DNA of 64,000 bases from an uncultured Nitrososphaerota archaeon (GTDB lineage Archaea; Thermoproteota; Nitrososphaeria; Nitrososphaerales; Gagatemarchaeaceae). The stretch is taken from the NCBI GenBank assembly GCA_963718895.1, contig CAVRAG010000007.1:576001-640000 (forward strand). The letters are read 5' to 3'. Numbering within the stretch: position 1 is the first letter of the stretch; every line of letters begins with the position of its first letter. Made by a program: the position numbers and the translations under genes. This document shows positions 31,808-41,528 of the stretch, piece by piece. The notes beneath the pieces are model-generated. The model saw only the letters and a list, made by a program, of their open reading frames with translations. It searched no databases and was not told the DNA's origin.

Positions 31808-33001
31808 CTACATGGGTTTTCCGCACTGCGGGCAGAACTTGGGGCTGCCGGAGACGCTGGCACCGCAACTCGGACAGGTCTTCGTCTGCGCAGGCGCGGC
31901 GGCCTGCGCTGGTTGTGCCACCGCCGCACCGCAGTTCGGACAGAACTTGGCGCCGGCCTGCAGTGGCGAGCCGCACTGCGCGCACGTCTGCGCTTTCGCC
32001 TGCGCGGGTTGCTGCAGCGAGGCTCCGCAGTTAGGACAGAAGGTGCTGGACGCCGCTATCAGAGATCCGCAGTTGGGACAGGACCTGTTGGGTTGCATCC
32101 CTCCCGCCATGCCCTGCGCCATCTGGCCGCCGAAAGCGTAGCCCATCCCGGCGCCGGCTCCTATGCCGACACCGAGGCCCGCTCCGACTCCAGCGGTCCC
32201 GCTCTGGTTCTGGGCCGCATCGACCATGGCCTGCCCCGCCTGGTACTGCATGTAGTTGACACCCAGGACCTGGATCTGGGACCTGGTGTCGATGGCCTTC
32301 TGCACCTCATCGGGGAGGCTGATGGTGAGGCCGGAAATCTTGTTGATCTCCACGCCGTACTGCCCGAAGTTGTCCGGTGCCAGCGCCAGCACCGCCTGTT
32401 CGATCGTTGTGAGGTTCGCGGCAAGGTCCGTGACCTTCAGCCCCTGGGCCTTCATCTTGCCCATAGCGTTGTAGACTAGGATGACCATCTGTTCCTTAAG
32501 GCGCGACTCGACATCGTCGGAGGTCTCCGCTGCGAACGTTCCCACGAACTGATTGATGAAATTCTCAGGGGAGGATACCTTCCATCTGTACTCACCGAAG
32601 ACCCTTAGGTTGACGAGCCCGAAGGTGGGGTCGGTGAACTGGTAGGGCTGTGTGCTCCCGAACTTCCCGTCCAGATACCTCTTCTGGAGGTAGTAGACCT
32701 CGGCCTGCTGTTGGACGCCCGTGAAGAACTTTAGGAGGTTCCCCACGATGGGAGCGTTGAAGTCGGTGAGGGCGTACCTGTTCGGCTGGTCGAAGTAGGT
32801 GAGGACCTTCCCGTCCCTGTAGAAGACGGCTATCTCGTCCTCCCTCACCACGATGTTGTCGTTGAGCCTGATGTTGCGGGGGACCTTCCACATGACATTG
32901 TTCTGCTTGTTCTGATCCTCCCAGTTGATCGTTATCGAGCCGAGCACGCTGCCGCCTGTGGGCGGGATATCGGTCGACTTCTTAGAGAATAAGCCTGTCA
33001 T
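31808..33001 (-). CDS. SPFH/Band-7 protein with three C-terminal zinc ribbons (YdjI-like)
   Basis: IVVREDEIAVFYRDGK, LRVFG, AGVGAGLGVG, three CxxCG-x9-CxxCG. Confidence 0.85.
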   Translation of the reverse strand: MTGLFSKKSTDIPPTGGSVLGSITINWEDQNKQNNVMWKVPRNIRLNDNIVVREDEIAVFYRDGKVLTYFDQPNRYALTDFNAPIVGNLLKFFTGVQQQAEVYYLQKRYLDGKFGSTQPYQFTDPTFGLVNLRVFGEYRWKVSSPENFINQFVGTFAAETSDDVESRLKEQMVILVYNAMGKMKAQGLKVTDLAANLTTIEQAVLALAPDNFGQYGVEINKISGLTISLPDEVQKAIDTRSQIQVLGVNYMQYQAGQAMVDAAQNQSGTAGVGAGLGVGIGAGAGMGYAFGGQMAQGMAGGMQPNRSCPNCGSLIAASSTFCPNCGASLQQPAQAKAQTCAQCGSPLQAGAKFCPNCGAAVAQPAQAAAPAQTKTCPSCGASVSGSPKFCPQCGKPM

Positions 33002-33564
33002 GCTTTCACTTCACCGCTGGGCTGGACGGCTATATTCTCTATGGTCTCCATTCGGACCGACCACTTCTGCTTGAAGTCGACGATGCCACTGCTCACGCGG
33101 GACAGGGCCGACTGGACGGAACTGGGGGCGGTCGTGTCGTAGGCCAGACTGGACGGCGACGTGAGGGATTGAAGCTGGAAGGCAGAGTTCGTGAAGCCGT
33201 AGTCGTACTCGTAGAGCTTGTTCAGCTTGTCCTGGTTGATCGATATCGTGGCGACCCAACCCGAGTATCCCTGCTGGGCGTGCCTGACCTCGCCGCTCAG
33301 CTGCTGGACCTGAGAGATGAGCGACCCCACCGAAGTGAGGTTCGTGTAATCGCCGGCAGTAGCCATCTGCTTGCGGAGAACCTCCAGGTTGCCCTTCGTC
33401 TGGTCGAGCTTGTCGGCGACCTGGTTGCGGAGGAGGTCGTCTGAGACCCGTAGGTCCTCGAGGGTCCTGTAGCCCCTGAGACCCGGGACGAGCAGCTCAA
33501 GCTTCTTCTGAAAACCTCTGTTTTCATCGACCTGCTGTCGGATATCTGGATTGTCTTGTGACAC
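32998..33564 (-). CDS. Alpha-helical hypothetical protein, first gene of SPFH operon
   Basis: 188-aa ORF overlapping next start; TATA-like element upstream. Confidence 0.75.
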   Translation of the reverse strand: MSQDNPDIRQQVDENRGFQKKLELLVPGLRGYRTLEDLRVSDDLLRNQVADKLDQTKGNLEVLRKQMATAGDYTNLTSVGSLISQVQQLSGEVRHAQQGYSGWVATISINQDKLNKLYEYDYGFTNSAFQLQSLTSPSSLAYDTTAPSSVQSALSRVSSGIVDFKQKWSVRMETIENIAVQPSGEVKA

Positions 33565-33666
33565 GTTTTTTCAACTACCCTAGATGGGAATTAATCCGTT
33601 ATTCTCATATAAATACTGTTTGAAGCAGGAACACATGAGGACGGTCCGGATTGGCAAGGAAGACCC

Positions 33667-34779
33667 CTAGGCAAGTTTCCTGATGGATGCAGCCGAGCCG
33701 TCACCTTTGAGCCAGGCCTTGGCCTCGGCCTGGGCGATGTCGTCGTTCATCGGCGCGGGTGGGTGCTTCATGAGCCATGCACTCGGGGCTAGAAGGGGCC
33801 CGCCTATCTTCCGATCCAGCGCGACCTTGCAGTATCTGATAGCATCGACCACAACTCCTGCGGAGTTAGCCTTGTCGTCGACTTCGAGTCGGACCTCCAT
33901 GTTGAAGGGGACGCCCGGGAACATCTTACCCTCGACCCTGATGAACGCGAGCTTGGTGTTCCCGAGGAATGGTATGAAGTCGCTCGGGCCGACGTATATC
34001 TTGTCGTCGGGCAGGCGTTCCGAGAGCACGTCCTGTACGGCCTCGGTCTTCGATATCTTCTTTGATTCCAGCCTAGACGCCTCTTTCATGTTGAGAAAGT
34101 CTGTGTTGCCTCCTACGTTGATCTGGTAGGTCTTTGTTATCTCCACCCCTCTGTCGGAGCAGAGCTGAGCCAGCGTCCGGTGGACGATTGTGGCACCTAC
34201 GACGCCCTTGACGTCGTCGCCGACTATCGGAAGGTTCCTTTCCACAAACCTGTCCGACCATTCTCTGCGGGAGGCGATAAAGACGGGCATGCAGTTCACC
34301 ATTCCGACCCCCGCTTCGAGGGCTATGTCCGCCCAGAACTCCGTGGCCTTCTGGCTGCCCACAGGCAGATAGTTCACCAGTATCTCGGTCTTGGTCCTCT
34401 TCAGCTGATCGAGGATCGGGCCGCGCAGCTTCGAGGCGGGCCTGCCGCCCTTCAAGGGTTTGATCTTGTTATCGACGAAGATTCCGACACCATCGAGCAC
34501 CGGCGACTCCATGACCACCGCGTCACTGCCCGGGACCGCACCGACCCAGTCCACCACGTTAGGAGCCTGGAAGATCGCCTTGGAGAGGGGCTTGCCAATC
34601 TTGTTTGCCCCCACGTCGAAGGCACTTACGAACTCGATATCCTCGATTCCGTACTTCCCGATCTTGTCGTTACCGTACATCTGTGCTTCCTTGTTTCCAG
34701 ACTTGCGCAGATAGACGCCCTGGATAATTCCCGAGGCGCAGTTTCCAATGCCTATGACACCGACCTTTACACCGGACAT
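33667..34779 (-). CDS. ino1: Myo-inositol-1-phosphate synthase
   Basis: GIGNCAS, NYLPVGS, GDDVK, QINVGGNTDFLN, SKKISKT, NSAGVVVD. Confidence 0.94.
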   Translation of the reverse strand: MSGVKVGVIGIGNCASGIIQGVYLRKSGNKEAQMYGNDKIGKYGIEDIEFVSAFDVGANKIGKPLSKAIFQAPNVVDWVGAVPGSDAVVMESPVLDGVGIFVDNKIKPLKGGRPASKLRGPILDQLKRTKTEILVNYLPVGSQKATEFWADIALEAGVGMVNCMPVFIASRREWSDRFVERNLPIVGDDVKGVVGATIVHRTLAQLCSDRGVEITKTYQINVGGNTDFLNMKEASRLESKKISKTEAVQDVLSERLPDDKIYVGPSDFIPFLGNTKLAFIRVEGKMFPGVPFNMEVRLEVDDKANSAGVVVDAIRYCKVALDRKIGGPLLAPSAWLMKHPPAPMNDDIAQAEAKAWLKGDGSAASIRKLA

Positions 34780-34864
34780 ATTTTATAGTCGTAAAATAGA
34801 CCGGGATAAAGGTTTCTCTTGACTAAGGGCGAGCCGCACATGAATGCGAGGGACGATTCTTAGG

Positions 34865-35278
34865 ATGGGCTTCGTGGAGAGGCTCAAGGACAAGGTTCAG
34901 AAGGAGAACCTCTGGTTCTTCCTCCTTCTCCTGCTATCGAGCGAGTCTCGGTACGGCTACGAGCTTAGAGGCCTGGTGAAGGAGGAGTTCGGGTTCTGGA
35001 GCGGGACTGTGACCGCCTATCGTGTCCTGTACAGCTTGGAAGCCGCGGGCTTGGTGAAGAGCCGTACGGTCGAGAGACGGAGGTACTACGAAATCACCGA
35101 CAGCGGCAGGAAGGAGCTGGAGGATGCGAGGCTCTTTCTCAAGGGCCTGATCGAGCTAGGCCGCTTTCCCGTCTGCATGAGCTCCTCGATGTCCAGCCTC
35201 TCGATCCCCTCCGGGCCGACCAGTTCCGTGACGCTCTGGCTCCTCCTTACTATCACCTTGCCCTTTCTCAGGACGTAG
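34865..35278 (+). CDS. PadR-family regulator (3' end uncertain)
   Basis: RYGYEL, YRVLYSLEAAGLV, RRYYEITDSGR. Confidence 0.85.
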   Translation: MGFVERLKDKVQKENLWFFLLLLLSSESRYGYELRGLVKEEFGFWSGTVTAYRVLYSLEAAGLVKSRTVERRRYYEITDSGRKELEDARLFLKGLIELGRFPVCMSSSMSSLSIPSGPTSSVTLWLLLTITLPFLRT

Positions 35279-36450
35279 AGAGGCGGACCGAGCCGCGCCA
35301 GGGCCTGAATCTCAGACTTCGCCTCCAGGACCACCATGTTGGCGGGCCTCCCCGCTTCCAGGCCGTACCGGCGGTCCATCCGGAGTGCCTTCGCAGGGTT
35401 CGTCGTTATCAGGTCAAAGGAATTCGCCAGCTCGCGATAGCCTGTGAGCTGGCCGACGTGGACCGCCATGAACAGGGCCTGCATCATGTCGCCCTTCCCG
35501 AGCGGGTACCAAGGGTCCATGACGCAGTCGTGCCCCAGAGAGACGTTCACGCCCCAATTGAGCAGCTCCTTGACCCTGGCCATCCCCCTCCTCTTGGGGT
35601 ACGAGTCGAACCTCCCCTGGATGGTTATGTTGATCAGTGGGTTGACGATGACCGTCACTCCGGCCCTACGCAGGATCCGATAGAGCTTTGCGGCGTAGGC
35701 GTCATTGTAGGACCCCATGGCAGTCGCGTGCCCCGCCGTGACCCGGCCCTCGTAGCGCCTCTTGATAGCCTGGGCAGCTACCACCTCGAGGAATCTCGAC
35801 TGGTCGTCGTCGGTCTCGTCGACGTGTCCGTCGACGTCCTTTCCGTACTTCTGAGCTAGGTCGAACGCGAAGTCAATGGACTTTACTCCATCCTCCCTGG
35901 TGAACTCGTGGTGAGGTATCATCCCCACGTTGTCAGCTCCGAGCTCGACGGACTTCTCTAGGAGCTCCTGGTTCCGAGGGTCGGTCATTATCCCGTCCTG
36001 TGGGAAGGCCGTCACCTGGATGTCCATGAGCCCCTTGAACTCGTCCTTTACGCCGAGCAGGGCCTTCAGCGGTTTCTGCCTCGGCTCCGTGGTGTCCGCA
36101 TTGGTTCTCAGAACCTGTGTGCCGTTGGCGAGCATCAGTTTCAGCATCTTCCGCGCCCTTCCGCGTATCTCATCCTCGCTGACCTTCCTCTTCTTGTCGG
36201 CCCAGATCTCTATGCCCTCAAGGAGGGTTCCGGACTCATTGAATCTTGGGTCTCCGTATGCAAGGGCTGAGTCGAGATGGAAGTGCATGTCCATGAAAGG
36301 CGGGACGACGAGGTTCCCGTGAGCGTCAACCTCCTCCTCCCCCTTCTGGGCAACGCTCTTTGAGATCTCTCTGATGACCCCTCCGTCGACCGCCAGGTCG
36401 AAGATCCCGTCTCTTCTCCGGAGCCTGGCGTTGCGCACGACTAGCTGCAT
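35086..36450 (-). CDS. codA: Cytosine deaminase (CodA-type amidohydrolase)
   Basis: HFHLDS, NESGTLLEGI, AFPQDG, HVDETDD, DPWYPLG. Confidence 0.88.
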   Translation of the reverse strand: MQLVVRNARLRRRDGIFDLAVDGGVIREISKSVAQKGEEEVDAHGNLVVPPFMDMHFHLDSALAYGDPRFNESGTLLEGIEIWADKKRKVSEDEIRGRARKMLKLMLANGTQVLRTNADTTEPRQKPLKALLGVKDEFKGLMDIQVTAFPQDGIMTDPRNQELLEKSVELGADNVGMIPHHEFTREDGVKSIDFAFDLAQKYGKDVDGHVDETDDDQSRFLEVVAAQAIKRRYEGRVTAGHATAMGSYNDAYAAKLYRILRRAGVTVIVNPLINITIQGRFDSYPKRRGMARVKELLNWGVNVSLGHDCVMDPWYPLGKGDMMQALFMAVHVGQLTGYRELANSFDLITTNPAKALRMDRRYGLEAGRPANMVVLEAKSEIQALARLGPPLYVLRKGKVIVRRSQSVTELVGPEGIERLDIEELMQTGKRPSSIRPLRKSLASSSSFLPLSVIS

Positions 36451-36536
36451 CGAGGCGCGGCCGAAGATTTCCTATTTAAGACCGATTGGCTGGTCGGTCT
36501 TCCCGCACGGCCTCCGCCCCACCGGGACTGCCCCAT

Positions 36537-37874
36537 CTAACTTACGTTCGACCAGACCTGCTCGGCGGCCTGCTGGGCCGCGTCGACTGCTTTGTCTTCG
36601 TCCACCGTCTTCATGGCTCCGTCTTCCACGACAACTCTCCCATCGATTATCACGGTCCTCACGTCCCCGCCATTGGCGTAGTAGACAGCGTTCTGGAGCG
36701 GGTTGCGCAGAGGAGCCATGTGAGCGTTGTGGCTGTCCACTATCGTGATGTCCGCCTTCTTCCCAGGAGTGATCGAACCAATGCTCTGGGCCATCCCGAG
36801 CGCCCTCGCGCTGCCCATCGTCGCCATGTTGAAGACCGTGCTCGCGTTCATCGTCCTCTCTCCGTGGGACAGGATCCTGTTTATCGCGATCGCCTGGCGC
36901 ATGTTCTCCCATATGTCCATCGAGAGCCAGTCCACGCCCAGTCCCACGGGGATTCCCTTGGCGAGCATCATCCCCAGATTCGGGTATGCGCCCACTTTTC
37001 CGTAGATGACCGGACAGTGGCCGATAGCGGTCCCCCTCTGGCGGATGATCTCGAGGTCCTCCTCGTTCGCGAGGAGGAGATGCGCAGCGAGGACGTCCTT
37101 GTCGAAGAATCCCAGGCCGTCCAGGAACCCGACCGAGGTCTTTCCGTAGGCGTGGCGGACGTAAGCAGCCTCTCTGTCAGACTGGGCGACGTGGATGTGC
37201 ATGCCGACCCCCAATCGCGCGGCTTCCGTTTTTGCGGCCTTCAGCAGCTCGGGGCTGCAGGTGTCGGTCGCGTGCGTTCCTATCCTGCAAGTTATCTTGC
37301 CCTCGGACTTGCCGTGCCAGTCCTCAATCAGCTTGACGTTCGTCTTTAGCTTCTGATAGCCCTGGTCCTCGTCGCGGCTGTAGTCGTCGTGCTCGAGGTT
37401 CCTCAGGTTGACGTCGAACACCTTGTGGGCGATGACTCCTCTCAGGCCGACCTCGGAGACGCCGCGCGCCATTGCGTCGGCGTAGTGGTAGATGTCGTTT
37501 ATGCAGGTTATCCCGTATCTCGCGCACTCGATAGCACCGAGGACGTCTATTCGGTAGGCGATCTCGTCGGTGAGGTAGTCCTCGAGCGGCAGGGCGAAGC
37601 CGTAGAAGTGATTGTCTATGTCCTCGGTGAGCCCTCTGAGGAAGTCGCCGGTGATGTGGGTGTGCGCGCTGACGAGCCCCGGCATGACGATAGAACGCGA
37701 GCCGTCGATCACGACGTCGCTCTGCGGGTAGCTCTTCAGGACGTCGTCGCTCTTCCCGACGGCGACGATCCTTCCTTCAGCGACGACGACGGTCCCGTCC
37801 GAGATGAACGAGTCCGGCCGGGGGTCGGACGGCATCAAGGTCGCGTGTTTGACGACTATCGTCGGACGGCTCAT
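36537..37874 (-). CDS. Metal-dependent amidohydrolase (MTA/SAH or guanine deaminase-like)
   Basis: PGLVSAHTH, HIHVAQ, GLGVD, GSITPGKKAD. Confidence 0.86.
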   Translation of the reverse strand: MSRPTIVVKHATLMPSDPRPDSFISDGTVVVAEGRIVAVGKSDDVLKSYPQSDVVIDGSRSIVMPGLVSAHTHITGDFLRGLTEDIDNHFYGFALPLEDYLTDEIAYRIDVLGAIECARYGITCINDIYHYADAMARGVSEVGLRGVIAHKVFDVNLRNLEHDDYSRDEDQGYQKLKTNVKLIEDWHGKSEGKITCRIGTHATDTCSPELLKAAKTEAARLGVGMHIHVAQSDREAAYVRHAYGKTSVGFLDGLGFFDKDVLAAHLLLANEEDLEIIRQRGTAIGHCPVIYGKVGAYPNLGMMLAKGIPVGLGVDWLSMDIWENMRQAIAINRILSHGERTMNASTVFNMATMGSARALGMAQSIGSITPGKKADITIVDSHNAHMAPLRNPLQNAVYYANGGDVRTVIIDGRVVVEDGAMKTVDEDKAVDAAQQAAEQVWSNVS

Positions 37875-37883
37875 CGGTCCTTC

Positions 37884-39434
37884 CTACTCCGGCGGCAGTT
37901 CCTTGAAGGTCATCGAGATGTCAATGCCACGCTTGAGGTGGTACCACCTCGACGCGAAGAAGATCAGTATTCCCACCGTAACCGCGCCGACGTTGTACCC
38001 GTAGGCGAGAGAGTTGCCTCCCCATACTCCTGGGTATGCAAGGAAGAGGTAGTCGAAAATCAGGAAGACCACCGTCGTCAACGCCCCCGCGGCGGCCATT
38101 ATCGCCTTGGAGCTCCCCTTTTCGTGCCGACGGGCGTAGAATATCGCCGCCAGACCCACCGTGGCGAAGTACAGCATCGTCAGAGCCGCAGTGCCATAGA
38201 GCGCGACGAGCGACCCGTAGTAGGCTATGACGGCGGCCACGAGGCCGACTCCGATCCCGAGCTCAATCATGTAGGCCGTCACCGGCGACCCCCATCTCGT
38301 ATTGAGAGAGGCGATCCTGGTCGGGAGGTACCTGTCGAAGGCCTGGGCGAAGAGGTATCGGGACATCACTATGACGAGGTAGGCCAGAATCTGGACGTTC
38401 CAGAGGATCCAGCCGAGGCCTAGGAGGAACCTGATCACCGAGTTGCCTGACACCCCCATCGCGAGCGTCCAGAAGTTGAACGAGTAGTTGTAGACCAGGG
38501 TGGAGTTGCTCAGGGCGCTGTTGATGAACGCTATCCCGCCGGCGTAGTACATTGCAGCGAAGGCCCCGGTCACCAGCAGGAAGACCGCGACCGCTCCTAT
38601 AGGGACGTTCCACTTCTTCGTGCGTCCTCCACCCTTCAGCTCTGAGGATACCGCCGGACCGGCGCTCAGGTAAGGGTAGATGAAGAGGGCGAAGAACGGG
38701 AGGACGAGGAAGGTGTTCCCAAAGTTGAAGTCCCCTCCCGTGTACCCGCTCGCGACCGACGAATAGGTGAGGCCTGACCCCTGGGCGTTTAGCGAGTTCA
38801 TGTAGCTCACCACACCGGTCTGCCCGCCCACTACGAGCGAGAGAATCCCGGCCACCACGGAGATGACTCCGATTACCGTCAGGACAGAGACAAGCTTGAA
38901 TCCCGCGCTCGGCTTGAAGATGTTGATCAGGATCAGGGCCAGGATCATGGCTGTCGCGACCACGAATTGGGCCACCGGGGCAGAGCCGGCCGTGGTCGAA
39001 GGAAGCGAGAGCTGGAGGAAGCTGCTGTTCCCGAGGATGACCCCCACCGAGCCCAGGGCGAACACCGCGGAGAGCGCGGTCAGCGAAAAGTATGGCATGT
39101 TCCCCATCGTCCAGCCGGCGAACGTCATCACGCTTCCGACGGCGCCGTTCACGTTCCTTGAGACCCAGACATAGTCTCCGCCCGTGCGCGCGAGGCGGGT
39201 TGACAGCATCGAGTAGACGACAATCTGCGGTATCGAGAGCGCGAACGCGATAATGGAGGCATAGACCATGTTCACGCCGCTGACCGAAGGGAGCAAGATC
39301 AGAGTAAAGCCGACCGTGCCGAGCGCGACCCCGGCAGACATGTTGCTGATGTTGAGGGCGATAGCATCCAGGAGACTTGCGTTCTTTACGAGGCCCGTGC
39401 TCTCCCTCACGTAGACGGGAACCTTGGACCCCAA
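37884..39434 (-). CDS. APC-family amino acid permease
   Basis: YVRESTGLVK, RTGGDYVWVSR, about 12 TM segments, FKELPPE end. Confidence 0.86.
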   Translation of the reverse strand: MGSKVPVYVRESTGLVKNASLLDAIALNISNMSAGVALGTVGFTLILLPSVSGVNMVYASIIAFALSIPQIVVYSMLSTRLARTGGDYVWVSRNVNGAVGSVMTFAGWTMGNMPYFSLTALSAVFALGSVGVILGNSSFLQLSLPSTTAGSAPVAQFVVATAMILALILINIFKPSAGFKLVSVLTVIGVISVVAGILSLVVGGQTGVVSYMNSLNAQGSGLTYSSVASGYTGGDFNFGNTFLVLPFFALFIYPYLSAGPAVSSELKGGGRTKKWNVPIGAVAVFLLVTGAFAAMYYAGGIAFINSALSNSTLVYNYSFNFWTLAMGVSGNSVIRFLLGLGWILWNVQILAYLVIVMSRYLFAQAFDRYLPTRIASLNTRWGSPVTAYMIELGIGVGLVAAVIAYYGSLVALYGTAALTMLYFATVGLAAIFYARRHEKGSSKAIMAAAGALTTVVFLIFDYLFLAYPGVWGGNSLAYGYNVGAVTVGILIFFASRWYHLKRGIDISMTFKELPPE

Positions 39435-39576
39435 ACCGGAACACGAAATTTTCTCGAAGCTTATTTAACTGTTAGCATTACGTTTGTTATCACAGAAGAC
39501 TGGAAGCCGCTTTCGGTCCGCCTCCTCATCGAACTGGGACGCACGATTTTATAGACCGACGCGGCGCGGCGCCCGG

Positions 39577-40521
39577 TTGACCCGAATCTTCTTTATCACC
39601 GATGTCCACGGTTCGGACAGGTGCTTCCGCAAGTTCCTCAACGCCGCGAAGGCGTACAAGGTCGACACGCTCATTCTTGGAGGGGACGTGACAGGCAAGG
39701 TGCTCGTCCCCATCGTAGAACAGGGGAACGGGAAGTATGCGCTGACACTGTTCGGAGAGTCTGTCACGGTCGGGAAGTCTGACCTTGGGGAAACCCAGAA
39801 GAAGATCAGGGACGCCGGAGAGTACTACTACATGACCGACCCCAAGGGAATCGAAGAGATGGATGCGTCGGACGGGAAGAGGGAGAGGGTCTTCACGGAC
39901 TGCATGATGGAGACGCTGAAATCCTGGCTCGCCCTCGCCGAGGAACGGTTGGGCGGCACCAACATCAAGTGCTACATCTCCCCCGGGAACGACGACAAGC
40001 CGGAGATAGACGAGCTCCTCGTCGATTCGGGCCACATTGTCAACCCGGAGAACAGAGTGGTGCAGCTCGAAGGAGGTTACGAGATGATAACGCTGGGCTA
40101 TGCCAACCCGACGCCGTGGAAGAGTCCTCGCGAGGTGACCGAGGAGAAACTGGGGGAGATGGTCGAGCGGCTGGCCTCGGGGCTCTCCGGACCTGAGAAT
40201 TCGATCTTCAACCTCCACGTGCCACCCTTCGGGACTGAGCTTGACAAGGCGCCTGCCGTCGACTCGGAGTTCAGGTACGTCAAGGACGGCCTGAGGGTCA
40301 AGATGATCCACGCGGGGAGCACCGCGGTGAGGGCCTCAATCGAAAGGCACCAGCCCCTCGTCGGGCTGCACGGCCACATCCACGAGTCGAAGGGGTTCGT
40401 GAGGATTGGGAGGACCCTCTGCCTCAACCCCGGGAGCGAGTATGGGGACGGGATTCTACGCGGCGCCATCGTGAGCTTGGAGGGGAACAAGGTCAAGGAG
40501 TTCCTCCTGACGAGCGGCTGA
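39577..40521 (+). CDS. Calcineurin-like metallophosphoesterase
   Basis: TDVHGS, GGD, PGNDD, LHGHIHE, NPGS. Confidence 0.88.
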   Translation: MTRIFFITDVHGSDRCFRKFLNAAKAYKVDTLILGGDVTGKVLVPIVEQGNGKYALTLFGESVTVGKSDLGETQKKIRDAGEYYYMTDPKGIEEMDASDGKRERVFTDCMMETLKSWLALAEERLGGTNIKCYISPGNDDKPEIDELLVDSGHIVNPENRVVQLEGGYEMITLGYANPTPWKSPREVTEEKLGEMVERLASGLSGPENSIFNLHVPPFGTELDKAPAVDSEFRYVKDGLRVKMIHAGSTAVRASIERHQPLVGLHGHIHESKGFVRIGRTLCLNPGSEYGDGILRGAIVSLEGNKVKEFLLTSG

Positions 40522-40632
40522 CCCTTGTGACCCGATGGGACGTCGCGACAGTCCCGGCGCGAGGGTGACTGGGGATTTTCGCGCCCTTCCACCCCTTATA
40601 TAGCGACGGAATTCACGCGACGAACGCGAGCC

Positions 40633-41281
40633 ATGACCGGGCCGAGAGTGACAGTGGTACGGCATCCGATGGTTCTTGAGCAGCTCACCCTCGCCAGGGA
40701 CAAGCGGACGAACCAGATCGCTTTTCGCAAGGCAATCTTCAGATTAGGTAGACTGATGGCCCACGAGTTTCTCCGGACGCTCGAGACCCAGGAGTTTCCC
40801 GTCGAGACGCCTTTCGGGAAGACGACCGGCTACAAGGTGAAGGGGAACGACAAGATTGAGATCATATTGATACTCGCGCGCGTCGATCCCGTTCGTCGAC
40901 GGGATGTACAAGGAGCTGCCGATGGCGCGGACCGGGATCATCAGCGCCTGGAGGGGGAACGCGCCAACGTTTCCCATCGAGGTCAACTACTCCAAGATTC
41001 CCGACATACATCCAGATGACATCGTGATCATCGCAGACCCAATGCTCGCGACAGGCCATACGCTGCTTAAAGTCGCGAAGAAGACCATGGAGAGGGGGAA
41101 GCCGAGACGGCTCGTGTTCTTCTCCGTCATATCGACGAAGAAGGGCATTGACTATGTGGGAAAGGAGTTCCCGGAGGCCGAGTTCTATACCTGCGCGATC
41201 GACCCGAAGGTCGACGAGCGCGGCTACATCGTGCCCGGCCTAGGTGACGCGGGGGACCGAGCGTTCGGGTCACCGCACTGA
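40633..41281 (+). CDS. upp: Uracil phosphoribosyltransferase; 1-nt frameshift near 40876
   Basis: VETP, ILRA, DPMLATG, GYIVPGLGDAGDR. Confidence 0.92.
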
Positions 41282-41528
41282 GCCCCCAGAAAGCGCGCGG
41301 AAGGTTCGAAAGGTGAACTCGTCACCTTCCAAATCTTATCATCGCTCACCCAGAGGTGCGCCCCGTCGAGCGACAAGAGACAGCTGAAGAGAACCCGGAA
41401 AAGCATCAGAGTTAAATAAGCAGACCCCAGATTCCTACTCTACAGGCAAGCCTCGGTTCGACGATTCGGGAGCGTATCTACGCTTCTGATTCTTTGACAA
41501 GGATTATCCTGTAGAAGCAAAAACAAAA

